DNA of 64,000 nucleotides from an uncultured Legionella sp. (GTDB lineage Bacteria; Pseudomonadota; Gammaproteobacteria; Legionellales; Legionellaceae): NCBI GenBank assembly GCA_945952115.1, contig CAMFHA010000001.1, positions 3,579 to 67,578 of the forward strand, read 5' to 3'. Shown piece by piece: positions 63,395 to 64,000 of this stretch (position 1 is its first letter; each line of letters starts with the position of its first letter). The notes under the pieces were generated by a model. It saw only the letters and a program-made list of their open reading frames with translations, ran no database searches and was not told where the DNA came from. The position numbers and the translations under genes were made by a program.

Positions 63395-64000
63395 TCAATG
63401 ACCTAAGCCTGATTTATAAGCCATAGTTTCATTGTTTTCCAGTAAATCTCTTTCGCAACGTGACTTTTTAGCCTGACTAGGAAAGAATAATAAGCTTCCT
63501 TTAGATGTATAATTACTAGTGTCTTTATTTGGTTCTCTAAGTATAGGGGTTGCTACATAAGGCATTGTTCGTACCTGTTTAGCAAACTCGCTAGCTAAAG
63601 AATGAACTTTGATTCTGTCTTTAAATTGATTGAATGTAGATTTAAACTGCTCAAACTCTTTCTTTAAATAATCATTACTTTTATCTGAAAAGTGCTCTGC
63701 AATATTCTCTTTAAACCAAGTTAAAATCTGTTTTTCAATCTCTTGGGGTGATAACTTAGCTTTCAAAGCATAACCATTAATTAAATCCTCATAATTTTTT
63801 GCTAGCGTACCCATCTCTTGAGTATCACTAAAATGCAAATCATTCACCCCTAGGTATAAGAATTTGGCCAAACATAACTGACGTAATAACCAATCCAAAG
63901 GCATATTATTATGAACAATAATCACAGAAATATCTTTTGCACCACTTTTCTTAAGATTAAGAATGGCTTGGCACAGAGTATTGCCAGTAGCTGTTTCATC
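63395..64000 (-). CDS. Hypothetical protein with an N-terminal phosphoribosyltransferase-like loop, 5'-truncated by the window edge
   Basis: The frame is open to nt 64000. DETATGNTLCQAILNLKK resembles the PRPP-binding loop (acidic-acidic-x-x-TG-x-T) of type I PRTases. The remaining ~170 aa are unrecognised. Confidence 0.4.
   Translation of the reverse strand, partial: DETATGNTLCQAILNLKKSGAKDISVIIVHNNMPLDWLLRQLCLAKFLYLGVNDLHFSDTQEMGTLAKNYEDLINGYALKAKLSPQEIEKQILTWFKENIAEHFSDKSNDYLKKEFEQFKSTFNQFKDRIKVHSLASEFAKQVRTMPYVATPILREPNKDTSNYTSKGSLLFFPSQAKKSRCERDLLENNETMAYKSGLGH

Overview
This is an AT-rich gammaproteobacterial chromosome segment. It is best explained as a Legionella-type genome. That is an inference from the SecA/FliA/RecA sequence character, a VipD-like patatin, an ankyrin-type repeat protein, a gnnA-like/lpxB pair, and orphan fliA and flgD. 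A conserved housekeeping backbone is present: dusA, secA-mutT, hemB, tamBA, mutS, cinA-recA-recX, alaS, pyrE, csp, hemF, fis, lpxB, rnhB, rsfS-rlmH-mrdA-rodA, a POT transporter, hutUH and rnhA-dnaQ. Interleaved with it are visibly more AT-rich accessory genes that look like secreted-effector or natural-product genes. The first group is an FkbH-like protein, an A-T-C NRPS-like protein, a Gly-rich membrane protein, a UbiA/DPPR-synthase-like prenyltransferase and a 1200-aa protein with 13 tandem 37-aa ankyrin-like repeats. The second group is a VipD-like patatin, a DprE1/DprE2-like pair, a 2144-aa protein whose C-terminal third is a divergent SecA motor, a 461-aa orphan and a small kinase-like gene interrupted by an in-frame TGA. 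Most intergenic spacers carry long, often nested palindromic (REP/MITE-like) elements from a few recurring families, and several sit on or next to stop codons. I could not recognise any rRNA, tRNA, CRISPR array, transposase, integrase or phage gene. The most unusual items are the SecA-motor fusion protein, the FkbH + A-T-C cassette, the split DprE1/DprE2/UbiA pentose-lipid pathway, and the sigma-54-driven orphan flgD next to an orphan fliA. All functional calls come from motif reading by eye, with no database search run.
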